Assembly (NCBI GenBank): GCA_001949185.1
Contig: BDGG01000003.1
Coordinates: forward strand, 3,145,158-3,209,157
DNA from: Ramazzottius varieornatus
Lineage: Eukaryota > Animalia > Tardigrada
DNA length: 64,000 bases
Direction: 5' to 3'
The translations under genes were made by a program, and so were the position numbers. The notes under the pieces were generated by a model, which saw nothing but the letters and a program-made list of their open reading frames with translations, was not told the DNA's origin and did not search any database. Positions 13,051-24,875 of the stretch are shown here, piece by piece; position 1 is the first letter of the stretch, and every line of letters begins with the position of its first letter.

Positions 13051-13422
13051 TCAGCAAGGGTCGCAAAAGCATGGACGGAATTCGCAAGTACAACACTGGG
13101 GTTTCGACCAGGGCCAAGAGATCGACCATGGCCACTGCGTCCCAACTGAAGTCCGGTTTGAGGCCTGGGTCTCTGAAATACATGTCTCTTCTCACACCCT
13201 TTCGACAGGATCCGTATACACACTACAGTACAAGTAGTTGGGTGAAGAACCGTTCTTACCTTCGGCGTTTGTGTCGTTGGCAGTAGCGTTGGATGAGAAC
13301 TCGCCAGATATACCCAAGTTCAGCGGCGCTAAGGACCCCAGATCAATAGGTAAATCGGGGTTGCCGTCCTGCGCAAAAGTGTAGGCCCAGCAAAATGCCA
13401 TAACCAGATGAATCAATAGCAT
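13051..13422 (-). CDS. Small secreted Cys/Trp-rich pre-pro-peptide (94 aa, 2 exons)
   Basis: Exon 1 13422-13260, 87-nt intron GTAAG...TTTCAG (13259-13173), exon 2 13172-13051. Protein: MLLIHLVMAFCWAYTFAQDGNPDLPIDLGSLAPLNLGISGEFSSNATANDTNAEETQASNRTSVGTQWPWSISWPWSKPQCCTCEFRPCFCDPC*. AATAAA about 25 nt after the stop. Confidence 0.8.
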
Positions 13423-14548
13423 TTTGCCGCAGTTTATCTTACGAGTCTTGGTAGATCCGCCGGCGAAACTAAAGAGAGCAAATTAATGCTGTTCGGACTC
13501 AGGAACTCGCCTCAACCAAATATGGCCCAATGCATGGCGGATTTACTATTCAACACCGCTTCCAATACAGAATTTGCCGCTTACGAAGACATTCTCAAAC
13601 AACAAAAGACATACTGAGAATCCGCGAAGAATTGAAACCCAAAAGAAATTACGTGCAAACGCTGCAGAAGTCGAATACGTGCGCACATGGGCCGTAGGTT
13701 GGGCGTAGATAACTGTGTGTCGATATGCTAAGATCAGCTTTCTGAAGACTTGCTCTGGGTAGACAATGGATCCATCGCGGTGGGACACTCGCACGGACAA
13801 GGAAGATACAAGCATGGGCAGCAGGGTTTAGACCACTTCCCCGTCCTGATGACGGTTCCGTCAGCGAGAACTGCCGAGAGAACGACCGTGTCTTAATAAT
13901 TGGCGATACGAAATAGTTAAAAAACCATAACAGCATTCCAGATGGGAGGTCGTCAGATGAATGCACCGAGATCGTTTGCCCAAGTGGCGCAAACTCTCAG
14001 CCAACAACAGGGGAAAGTGCGCCACTTGAGAGAACGATCGGGGTGAGAGCTGTTGCCAGCGCCGCAGATGAGGTTCAAAACATCGAAAGACTGACCTGCT
14101 GTACTTGTACTTGTGTTCGATCCTCCGAAGCCAATCAATCCAGCTAGCGTATATCGCTGGCAGCACATACCCAAGAGACAGCATACGGTCAAAGATGGCA
14201 GCAGATGTGTCGGCATGTTTATTGCAGATCGATCCCCGTTTCAGAAAGAAGTGAAGAAATAATTTGTATTTCACGAAACGATCTTTCCGGAATCCGGAGA
14301 CTCTGTGTGTGCCAAGCGCTTATTTACGTATAAGATTCTATCAACGGTTCGTTCGTCGCGTTCGCACGTGGCTAGAAGTTTATCGTCACCAGAATCTGCA
14401 TTCAAACCTTCGCAGACTAACACCAACGAGTTACTTCGGGCTGTGACGCACCGATTAGATGTTATGGCATCCGAAGACACCAGTACGGAGACCCGGAAGT
14501 CATACTTCTCTTCCTGCAAAACCGGCTTTCCGCTCAGGTTCGTTTGGC

Positions 14549-15694
14549 TTAGGCTCCGTCCTCTTCCGCGTTTTCTTGCACTTCGGTAATGGCTTCTTGC
14601 CGCTTTTCTTTTGTTATCCTGACATCATTTACCCGAGTTAATGCTGTATAGGCCACGATCATCTTGCTGCCGATGATCTCATCCTTCATAATCGGATTGT
14701 TTTTGATCACCAGAACCTTCAGCCTGGCAAGTTTCACAGCCAGTTTCTCCAGCTCGGCCACATCCTCAAGGAAATTGAACGACACATTTAGATGTTTCAG
14801 GTTGGGTAAAGTTGGCCAGTCGGCCAGAGACTTCAACTTATTCCTCCGAACATCAAGGAACTCAATGCTTTTCATGCCTCTCAGGTTCTCCAGTTTCTCG
14901 ATGTTGTTTTGGGCAATGAAGAGAACTTTGAGTGCGGGAAACTTGACACTGGGTCCTCCGAAGCCGATCAGCCTGTTCTTCCTCAGTTCGAGTACTTCGA
15001 GTTCTCGAAGGTACCTCGGGCTCGACGGGGCGAAGTGCGCCAGTTTATTGTAGCTGAGGTACAGTCTTTGAAGATACGGATGCTCAACCACGCCATCCAA
15101 ATGCTTCAAGAAATTCTTGCTCACGTTCAGAACCTTCAAGTAGTTGTGGAGCTCAAAGCCTTCCAGTGATTCCAAGTAGTTATCGGATAGATCAAGCGAT
15201 ATCAGAAACTGTAGCTGATTGAGTGGAAGAATGTCAAAGATGTGATTTCCCGCCAGGGATACATATCGTAAATTGCAAAAGCTTTTGACCAAAGCGATAT
15301 CTGTGATGGATCGGCCAGGAAGATCGAGCTTGACGTATGCATGACTGAGGCCGGATATAGTTTTGGCAACCATCGAAAGACCCTCCGCCATCAGATATTG
15401 GCCGAGCTTCCGCCCCAGCTTGTCATATCCCTTCCGTATGAACTTGGCAAGAGACGGCGTCAGCCGTGGCTGCTCATATTCAGGGTCAAACGCTTGCTCG
15501 ATCCAAGTTTCCTCACCCGAAGCAACTGCTTCCGTATGCTGCAGTTCATCTTCGGGATCGGGCTTGAGACGTTTGATGCATTCTCCCTTCAGAAGCGGAG
15601 CTTCGGCGGGTGTCTCATCTTCCGTCTCTTCATCTATAACGGGTTCTTCCGATTCCTCGAGGTTCCCTGATTCATCGTCCGTTTCATCGGCCAT
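14549..15694 (-). CDS. Leucine-rich repeat protein, LRRC23-like (SDS22-type LRRs), single exon
   Basis: 381-aa ORF: acidic N-terminus, GLSMVAKTISGLSHAYVKLDL segment resembling LRRC23, tandem LxxLxLxxNxI repeats and a C-terminal LRR cap (NNPI). Confidence 0.8.
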   Translation of the reverse strand: MADETDDESGNLEESEEPVIDEETEDETPAEAPLLKGECIKRLKPDPEDELQHTEAVASGEETWIEQAFDPEYEQPRLTPSLAKFIRKGYDKLGRKLGQYLMAEGLSMVAKTISGLSHAYVKLDLPGRSITDIALVKSFCNLRYVSLAGNHIFDILPLNQLQFLISLDLSDNYLESLEGFELHNYLKVLNVSKNFLKHLDGVVEHPYLQRLYLSYNKLAHFAPSSPRYLRELEVLELRKNRLIGFGGPSVKFPALKVLFIAQNNIEKLENLRGMKSIEFLDVRRNKLKSLADWPTLPNLKHLNVSFNFLEDVAELEKLAVKLARLKVLVIKNNPIMKDEIIGSKMIVAYTALTRVNDVRITKEKRQEAITEVQENAEEDGA

Positions 15695-15929
15695 TCAACC
15701 ATACAATATGCAAACTTCCGGCCGGTAGAACAGGTGGCCGCAGTCCTTACAAGCGCACGGTAGTTTATTTATATTTTTATATAATTCTGTGGGTTGTTTA
15801 CACAGTCAGTTCTGGACCGTAAGGTTTACCATGACAACCTTAATTTCTTTGGAACATTTACGGAGAGAAAGACTGGCCGCATTCTTACGCAAGCAAGAAG
15901 AACCGTATGCATATGCATGCTGATTGTTT

Positions 15930-18900
15930 TCAAAGTATGTTAGAATGTTGGGCGTTAGCATTGTAGATAATTTCTCGACAGCTGTCAAAAACTTGTCGAA
16001 TCGACGCATCAATTGCCGTGGTGAAGTGAGGGTAGCAAACATGCTGAGTGTTGGAAGCTGTAGTTATTTTCTGCGATGAAAGAATTCATCAACATAATTC
16101 AGGAAGCCAAGGGCCTCATGAAGCGCAACCGTAAACAAGCAACTTACCATTATTTCATTTCGAACAAAATACTTTGCTCGGACCACTTCCGGGTTGTCTT
16201 CAGGGTTGCTTGTAGCTGGAACGATAAAGAAAAAATAGAAAAGTATTTTGTGTGGAGGAACTTGAGGTGACCTTACCATAAGAGGGCGTGGCATAGTCTC
16301 GGAAGTCTGGGAAGTAGTCTTCCAACTTTGATCTTCCTGATGCAATCTTGGCGGAGAAGACATCCTGCTTGTTTATAAATAAAATGACACTTTTCCTCGT
16401 TAACCATCTGTCAAAAGCAGAATGGGACGCATAACTCATGACACGTCGGATAAGTATGCAGAGTACTGGCTAATATAATTTGTATTTCAACTTGAGAGGG
16501 TGCTGTTTGAATTTCCGCCTCACTTGCTGTTCCAGAGGTTAAGGAAGACGGTTAAAGACTCGGAAAGTCGATTGCTGTCCTCGGGATTGTTTGGGAGTAC
16601 CACGTCGTATTCGCTGGTCGGCATCACAAATATTATTGCCGAGATATTGTTGAAGCATTGTAACCATTTGCCTTTCTGATCCCGTTGACCCGCCACATCA
16701 AACATACTACAGTAGAAAGATACATAGATAGCAAAACTCGATTGATATCTGTTGAAATTTTTCGCAGATATAAGTCGTTAACAGTATCTTGAAATGGGAG
16801 CTCGGTAAACAAACTCGAGCAGATGGTTTTCCCAAGTAGCGCACGCTTTCGGAAAGCATCATTAGAAACGTGCGCCACTTTCCGAGCTCCCAAAAAAAGT
16901 CCTTTCTTCTCCATGGGTAAGCTCACTGATAGCGAATACTGTCCACCGTAAAAATGGTCTCCATGCTTTTCGAAGAGGAAGATCGAACGCTAAGGATATC
17001 CTGCAATGTGCAAGTCGATGGGATTATGTAACGTGCTTGATTGTTTGGAATATTTCACGAGAAACTTATTACCTGGTCGGAAGGTACGTAGTCTTTCTTC
17101 CGTATTTTATTGATTCTCGATAAGAACCTAACAAACAGGCCATCAGAATTTAAATATAACGAGACGATACTCAGCGGAAGGGGCATCTTCCAGCTAATGA
17201 CTTGCTAATCACACTTGTGCGAGATAGTTGATGGCTGTTATGAATGACAACGTAAATGACATCAACACATCAAGCAATTTTTATCCAAGTCAACGCCGGG
17301 CAGGAAGCTTCTCCCACGAGGCCGTGATCATAATCTGGCTGGAGACATCATAATGTCCTTTAACACTTTCAGCACGATCGTTTTCATGTTTGCAGAATAC
17401 TACCGTCCTCTTTGTGTATACAGGAATTTTATTGGCTGGTACCGTGTTGCGGAGGCTGGTCTAACCAATAGGCAATTTTCGAAATTTCAAAATTCGGATA
17501 ATTGGCAGGCCATGAACGCCAAATCTCAAAAGGGAGAACTGGTCGCCTTGAATTTCTTCTGACCGCACTGATGACTACAAAATTTCTCCCAGGCTCGGCT
17601 TCGATACATAAGACTGCTCCCAGTGCTCCAGTTTTTTTCTAAGCGAATACCGTGCACGTGTCTCGCGCGAAGAGACGAAACACCAATTTTCACCAAAACC
17701 ACCCGAAACCGTAGAAAAAATCAACGTGCTGGGGTTTTGCTGACCGCTGGTCATTAGTGTTGCTTTGGTGAGAAGACCGAGGTACATGCAAACAAAAAGA
17801 CTCAGACCCGAAAGACCAAAAGCTAAAACTGGGAGGTGAATAAAACTGAGTGATAGTATACACAAAGAGGACGGTCGTACGCAGTGTTAACTGCCAAACA
17901 ATCACGGCCCGCAAGGAAGCAATGTTTCAAGGCAATCGACCGAGGGAACCATGCACCTCAAGGGGCTTACTCGGGGTTTTTCTTATCCACTCAAGAATCA
18001 TTTCCCCCCATCGTGAAAGACGCTTCTAACAGTTCATTTTTTGCTCACATACCATTTTCCACCGTCGGGGAAGCACTCTTGGCTCTGGCACTCAAAGATT
18101 ATGTTGGTTTGGTCGTGGTTGGATACAAAGCTCCATAAGGCATCGGCGGCATCCCAGAATTCCTGCATTTGACAGGGCGTTCTGCATACTTTTGCACGTT
18201 AAGTAGGTCAAACTTATCTAGGCTTTGCACCTACGTCAGAAAGCTCTAATCTGTTCGTGACATGAGGAAGAGCCAGGGTTGACTGCATATCGGAGTCGGA
18301 CGCTGAGGAGGGTTTCCCGTTTGGTACGTGGGATGGATCGGAGGCTCGCTTGATTGCTCGACAAAGTATGTCTCTCGGATCTCTCATCTCGTCCATCGGA
18401 AGAAGTCCTCGGTCCCAGACGGTCAGCAAAGTCTGTAAACACAAACTGCAGTTTTGATACAGCTCTTTTTAATGAGAAGGATTTTTCTTGGAATTAGTTT
18501 CCAGACGAACAGTATCGTTTATGAATTAGAAGCAGACTATCTGGGACGAGAGCAACCGAACTGAACCAGATCGTTGCACCAAGTGGCGCACTCACTCATT
18601 GTTTCCAACGGAAAAAGTGCGCCACTTGGGGAAACAGTCTGGTTTAGAACGTTCGCCTACGTCCCGTTTTTCTTCTTCCTACAGTGATTTTTCCCCGTAC
18701 TGAGTGTTTGCAAAAGGGATTATCCCACGCGACCGCAAAATTGTGCAAATGGAAGTCAATCTCCTTCGAAATACCGGCATACATTTTCGAGAACCCGTAC
18801 AGACGCTTACCTCAATTGATGATACCAAGTTCCGGCGAATATCGTCTATGTACATTTTTCTTTCCCTTGTAGAATAAAAATCACCAAAATAAAAATCTCC

Positions 18901-19231
18901 GTAAACGTCTCAAGACTCAAACAACATGATGGTTTGATGCTGAATAATGAACGAATTAGGTTGGTATACCATTCAGTAAAGCCGGGTCCGTATAAAATTC
19001 TCATTTGTTTCATCACTGTGGTCTTCCCCGATCCTTTCGTCCCTGCAACGACAATAATAAGCCCAATAGCATTCACTGCAAATACAACAAAGAAGCTGAT
19101 AGCCAACAAAGTTGGGATAATGTACCGAGAACCAGTAAGCGATATGTTTGCTGAAAGTCCTTTTGTTCGCGTTGCAGTAGCTGGTCCTTCTGGAAGACTT
19201 TCTTGCACATGTCCTTCCAGTTCTTCGACAT
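15930..19231 (-). CDS. Heterotrimeric G protein alpha subunit, divergent Gs-like, multi-exon
   Basis: Spliced: MSKNWKDMCKK...TYRLLVLG/TKGSGKTTVMKQMRIL, ERKMYIDDIRRNL, EFWDAADALW, FLSRINKIRKKDYVPSDQ/DILSVR, DVAGQRDQKGKWLQCFNN, VILFINKQD, the Gs-specific SKLEDYFPDF..ATP...RAKYFVRNE segment, CYPHFTTAIDA..IIYNANAQHSNIL*. Confidence 0.9.
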
Positions 19232-20627
19232 GGTGCCTCAAGGAATGAAACAGTATACTGAGATGATTCAGGCAATTTCCTCCCGCATTCATGGGATCAA
19301 ACTGATGAGCTCCTTCGACAACAAGGCACGAACTGCATAAGCTACTCACGAGGAGTCCTAAGCCAGCGCGGCAGAAGAGCGGCCACCCAACACAGCTCGC
19401 GCAAAATATTATTCCGATGACGCACCGCTGACGTCACTGCGTACGGGAATCCCAAGTCAGACAAGTGCGATCCTCCGAGCTCCTTCCTCCTGTCATTTCT
19501 CTGCACGAGATCTGTACTACCAGTAGACAGTAGTGGTCCCGTTTATGATGGATCCACAGCCCGGAAACATAAATTTCGCGGCACGCTCAAGTTGGATCAA
19601 CTTAGGAAACAACAGCAGCGCGCGGTTCTACAAACCGCACAGTGCGCCACTAGTAAAGAAGTGGAGGATCGTGCAGCTGGAATAACGATATCACTTGTAC
19701 AAACTACTACAAAGCCTCACTGTTGACTTTGAGCCAGCAAAAGCGCTTATGATGACAGAACGACGCTGTTCGTGAGCCTGCTCTTCCTCCTTTCATTATC
19801 TCCTTCCGGTTTCATTGCGCAGACACCCGCGACAATTTCCCCCAACTCACTCGTGAAACTGCAGGCCGCGCCTGCCAGCGCAAACCACCCGTGACTCTGA
19901 ACTTGGAAACGATCAAGCGCACCCAACGTGAAAATTCATACCACATTTACATGTGGCAATGCAACTCAAAAATGGCCCGGAAAATTCACAAAAGTTTATT
20001 TTCTTCAAAGTGTTCCGGTTGATTCGAACTGAGGATATGCAACCCCGCAGAGACCTCCTCATACCCCGACGAGGACACGCATGCAAGAGGATACGACAGA
20101 GACTTTAAAAGTCGTCCATCAAACCATAAAATGCCGCATGCATTGACATGCGGATGCGTAAATAACCACAAACATCAAATGTCAGACTCGAAGGACTCAT
20201 GTCTTCCTGCCAGGCACGCTATGCATCATTTCACAAGTTATCGCCCCCGAATCCCTTCTCATGCTCTTCTGGTGAAGCCACACGGCGCACACAACAAGCC
20301 CCCCCCCCCAAAGGTGAGTTTTTCGAGAGCGTTTTCCTCGAAATTTCGCCCAGTCAGATTGCAAGTTTCGCAAATTTTTTTATCGAAACGGCCATCATAG
20401 AACTACAACGAGGGAAATCAAAACTCATGAATGGGGTAAATCCAACGACATCGATAACAAATCAAATGATAGCGGCTGATTGATATTGCATCAGCAGGAA
20501 CTTCAAGGGGAGTAAGAAAAAGGCACCATTTGTGGCCGAAATGTCAGTCAGACATTCCAGCTTGGAAGATTCGATTGGTGAGGAACTTTGTGCTGAGTTA
20601 CAGTAACAAGATAGAAATTAAGGTGAA

Positions 20628-23509
20628 TTAGATTATAGTACTGGAAGGTGGGGTAGCGTCACTGGAGAAAAGCGTAGCGAGAGTACTCACGGCAGTACTG
20701 ATGGAGACCGGTGTAGTGACCTCGTCAGGAGAGACAGACGTTGACCTCAGGACGGTGAGGGGCAGCAGCCACGAGAACATCAGTCCAGCGAAGATGCCGA
20801 GTACCAGGAAGAAACCTGCCAGTTGACCGGCCATCGGGGCCAAACGTGAGTCCTTCACTTTGCTGGAAGAAAAAAGAACAAATTTGGAAGTTGGGCAAAC
20901 AACAAAGATTACAAGGTAGCTATCCCAAGTGGCGCACTTTATCATTGACATTGGCTGGAAGGGTGCGCCACTCAAGATAACGATCCCGGATGTTTCGTTT
21001 GCGGCAACACAGACGTGTGGAATCGGTGTCGAGTACTTACCTGGAAGCATACATCATGGCGAGGCTACTGAAGTACCCACTGGTCACAGCCAGGAGCATT
21101 CCTCCCACTGCGTATACGTAGTCATTCGTGAACCAGACATCAAACCTTCGTTCGTAACCGATTTCGTTATAGTTGCACATTAGAAAGAAGGGAAAGAAGA
21201 TGATTCGGGCCAGGATGGGAATCCACACGTACCGCGGACCCGGCTGCGCAAAGAACATCCACGGTCAGTCCCGCACAACCAAGACAGTATTAGCTAATAG
21301 GCCTAATACCCAGGGGAGGAACAGACTTACCGCGCTACAGGCAAACGGGATGAGGTTCCCAATGAAGGCAAACACGCTGAAGTTCAGAATGGTAATCACC
21401 GGTCTGAAGTACTCATCTGCATAACAACCAGAAGACATTAGACATTTAGAAAGAGCTTTGCGAATCAGCAGGGAAGCTGACCATCGAGCATTGAGTAGCG
21501 CTGCACGTTGACCATGATGTTCGGGAAGACAGATAGCGTGACGAAGAAGACGAAGAACACATTCCAGCATTCCAGTCGCATCTATAGTACAATAGAAAAG
21601 TTCGATAAGGTAAATTTCTTCGACGGAACGACCGGCCTGAAATACACGTTGTTCAACTTACCATGCCAAAGACGCGTCGCAGGGTACTCAAGCGTTCGCC
21701 GAAGGTCATTCGGGATGGTCTTTCCGAAGGAACAGTGGGACGGTTGATGTAATAACGGTAAAATTTCTGTAACAGACAAAACATATTCACGACGACGAAG
21801 GCAAGGAAAACCAGCAGCCGGTTTGCTTCTTACCGACAATGGAAGTAAAAAGTAGGATCCAAAGGCCACCAGCAAAATGAACAAGGCGCAGGAAAAATAC
21901 AGCGTGCCGCTCTTGGTTTGGTCTTCTTTGCCGGGGAAAACTGTAAAAGAACAACGTTTATACAGCACTGTAAGCAAGAAAAAAGGTTCAACTATAGTTT
22001 ACCTGATATCGACATGATGCTTAATAATGCAACCAGAACTCCACAGAAGTTCTATGGGCAAAACAGATTTAATGCGGACCTCATGTTTATGGGCGGTTAT
22101 ATGACAGGAAAAGCAAGGTCCAACTACGTTTCCTATAATGATAGCATTGGTGTATCTGGATGGGAAAGACGCAGCAAGACCATAAAGGCTGTTTTGATAG
22201 ATTCCGTTGGCCGCTAAAACGTTACAAAATTAAGGCTTACAAAACTGTCAAATTGAGGTCGACACGCGTAGTAATAATTTCTTACTTCCGAGCACAACCA
22301 CAAACACCAACGTTACAACGACGAATGTCCAGGTCCCTGTAAATGACACATAATAAGGGGTGAGGCCTCGTAAAATCATCAAAACGTTCTTCGAAGGAAA
22401 TTTCACCCACATTGGGAGCTGTCTGCTATGGCCAGGCCCAAAGTTTCGGCCATCACCAGGACCAAGATTGCCACACTGACCACGATGCGAATGGTCAGGC
22501 TTCCCCTGTTCAGAAACGTTTCATATTCATATTGCACTATTCCATGACCGTAAATGCTAAGTGCTTTCACTTACCCGAGGGTGACAAGAAGATTCAGTGC
22601 GTTCAAAAACACATTAGGAAACTGGTTGGCCAGAGTTAGGTGCTTGAAGAAGTCGCCAGTTGGGTACTGCGGTGTGGGGTTCGTGGTGTCATTGTTGAGA
22701 GGGTCCAGCTTGAAATCCCAGTACTACACGCCAAAAAGAACAAATAACAGGTCGTATACATCAACCAGAGTCATTAGCCGGCTGCCGGCTTAATACATCG
22801 CTATAATTATGAGACGTTACGCAACAAGAATTCATATCCTACCCCGAAGGAGCTAATTATCACGTTCCAAGGCAGTAGTGTCCCAAAGCCGTGAATGAGC
22901 ATGATAATGTACACAAAACTCAGCCTGCAAAGAGACAAGGCTAAGTTGTATAGAACAACGTTCCCGCGCCGAAGAACACTATCAAAGAATGAAATCGTGG
23001 ACTTCGAGTCAAGAGTCATTCGCTGGTATACACAGTGCTACGGTGGACATCGGCACATGACATCACCATAAAAAAGAAAAAAGTAATTGTGCACCGCAGC
23101 ACCGCAGCACATTGGATGACGTCACGGGCAAGCGTGGGTGTGGTGAAATTACCTGTCTGCAGGTGCCGACTTGTGGAAAGTCTCTGTGGTGACAATCTCC
23201 ACATCTGGAAGACTTGCCGTTTGTCCGGTTGTGATCACAGCCTTTTCCCGTGGGGTGAGCAAGGTGGTGGTTTCTTGTACACCGTCGAAACCTGCGAACA
23301 TGGTCAAACGTACTGGTGCGCACTGTAAGAAACCAACAGCTTGATGTCGCAAGACTGCATGTCACCGCTCTGCACTAACCATATCGATCCCGAGCCGAGC
23401 TTGTGCCTCCATTCCTGCTTTCGGTATAGGGATTTCTGTTGGGATCCATGTCGGGGCCTTCTTCTGTCCGCCGGTAGGATGTCAACTGATTTTCCGAGGG
23501 GTAGGACAT
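20628..23509 (-). CDS. Equilibrative nucleoside transporter (SLC29/ENT), multi-exon
   Basis: GFGTLLPWN (TM1), GQNFCGVLVALLSI, YFSCALFILLVAFGSY, ARIIFFPFFLMCNY, TSGYFSSLAMMY, AGQLAGFFLVLGIFAG; start MSYPSENQ at 23509. Confidence 0.92.
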
Positions 23510-24875
23510 GGCAAAACTAGCGCGCTTTTGCCGTTGCAGAAGTGCAGAGCAGTCAACCGTTATCTTCCCCAACCCTGGCTGCCCCTTAACCTCAACCAAC
23601 ACACAATGCAAACAACAACCGAAACTATGTGCAGATAAACGTTGGCTTTGTGTCCGAAGAATAAAAACAAAGCAGCTTATCGGACCTTCTGAAGGAACAC
23701 AACAAAATTTTGAACTTTGGAGTTTGGACCTGCCGCGCTCGAGCCGCTCGAGAGTCGAGGCTGGGCGCCGCAGCGATCGGCTCGGTCGGGCTAGTATACA
23801 GATTGCGACCGAAAGCGCACAAGCACAATCCAGCACGCACAGGAACATCGTGACGTCATGGGAACAAGTTCGTCTCGTAGGCGCTGTGTTGAAAGAGTCG
23901 CATAATATACATATGAGATGCCATGTTGTTCCTCTGCGTGGCAAACTCTGCTGGTGCGCTTTCGCTCGCAACCCCCATAGTATATTTTTACGCGCCGGGC
24001 GCCGGGGGCCCAGGAATCCCTGTTGTTTTCCTGTTTTTCTCCTGAATCTCCTCTTCAAAGCAATAGTCTTCCTCACGACGAGCTGTTTATGTCGCAAACG
24101 GTTGATTTAAGATTAGAGTTTGCTTGATCAACGGAAATTAGTCGTGAGTGAGGCAAAATTGCGTTTTTCTAAAGTCTCGGAACGGGAGCGGAAATGCGCG
24201 AGTTTTGCGGAGTAGGTTTGTAGGCAAACTTTGCCTCCTGACTAGGCTGAAATTCATGGTTTTCTGTCTGGCTAGTCTCTGTCTGTCGATATCCCGACAC
24301 TAATAGATATCAAGAAGTTCGTACGTGAGACGGTATCTCGCAACGCGAAGCACTGTGCAGACAGAGATCAGCTGAGAAATGAAAATTTGAAATTTTGGGT
24401 CAAGTGTGCAGAGAATAATCCGTTTTCGCTTTCAAGATAACCTACTCGAGGGCTGCTGATTTTGAAAGCGAAACTTCGTAATCCACTTTCAAGATCATCA
24501 CAATCAACGGAGTTTTCCGGCCTGCCGTGAGGAGGATCAATCACAGTTATCACTCATCACACTGTCGACTGCCCTGACTCCTGTGCTTTCGAATTCGAAT
24601 CGAATTCCGAACTTCCGGTCATTCTTGTGGACTCCATCCTTTCTGCAATCCTTGTCCCCACCCATTGGCCATTACTCGTACGTCATTTCTCATAGCGTTT
24701 ACTGTGTACCGCCGGGAAGATGACTCTAGCCTTCGGCGCGGAGGCGACTAGTGGCCCGAAAACACCGCCAGGAAGGCTGACCGTGTGCCTCAGAATGTTT
24801 CCGACCGTCGGGTAGCGATAGGTGACCACTACCTGTGCTTCTTAGCTGTAGAGCTGGATTCCTGCATAGTGCATA

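Noticed and set aside
23375-24110. Long overlapping ORFs (240 aa minus, 200 aa plus)
   Set aside because: Non-ATG starts and no recognisable domain; only the last ~45 codons of the minus ORF are ENT exon 1, and the rest is UTR/promoter.
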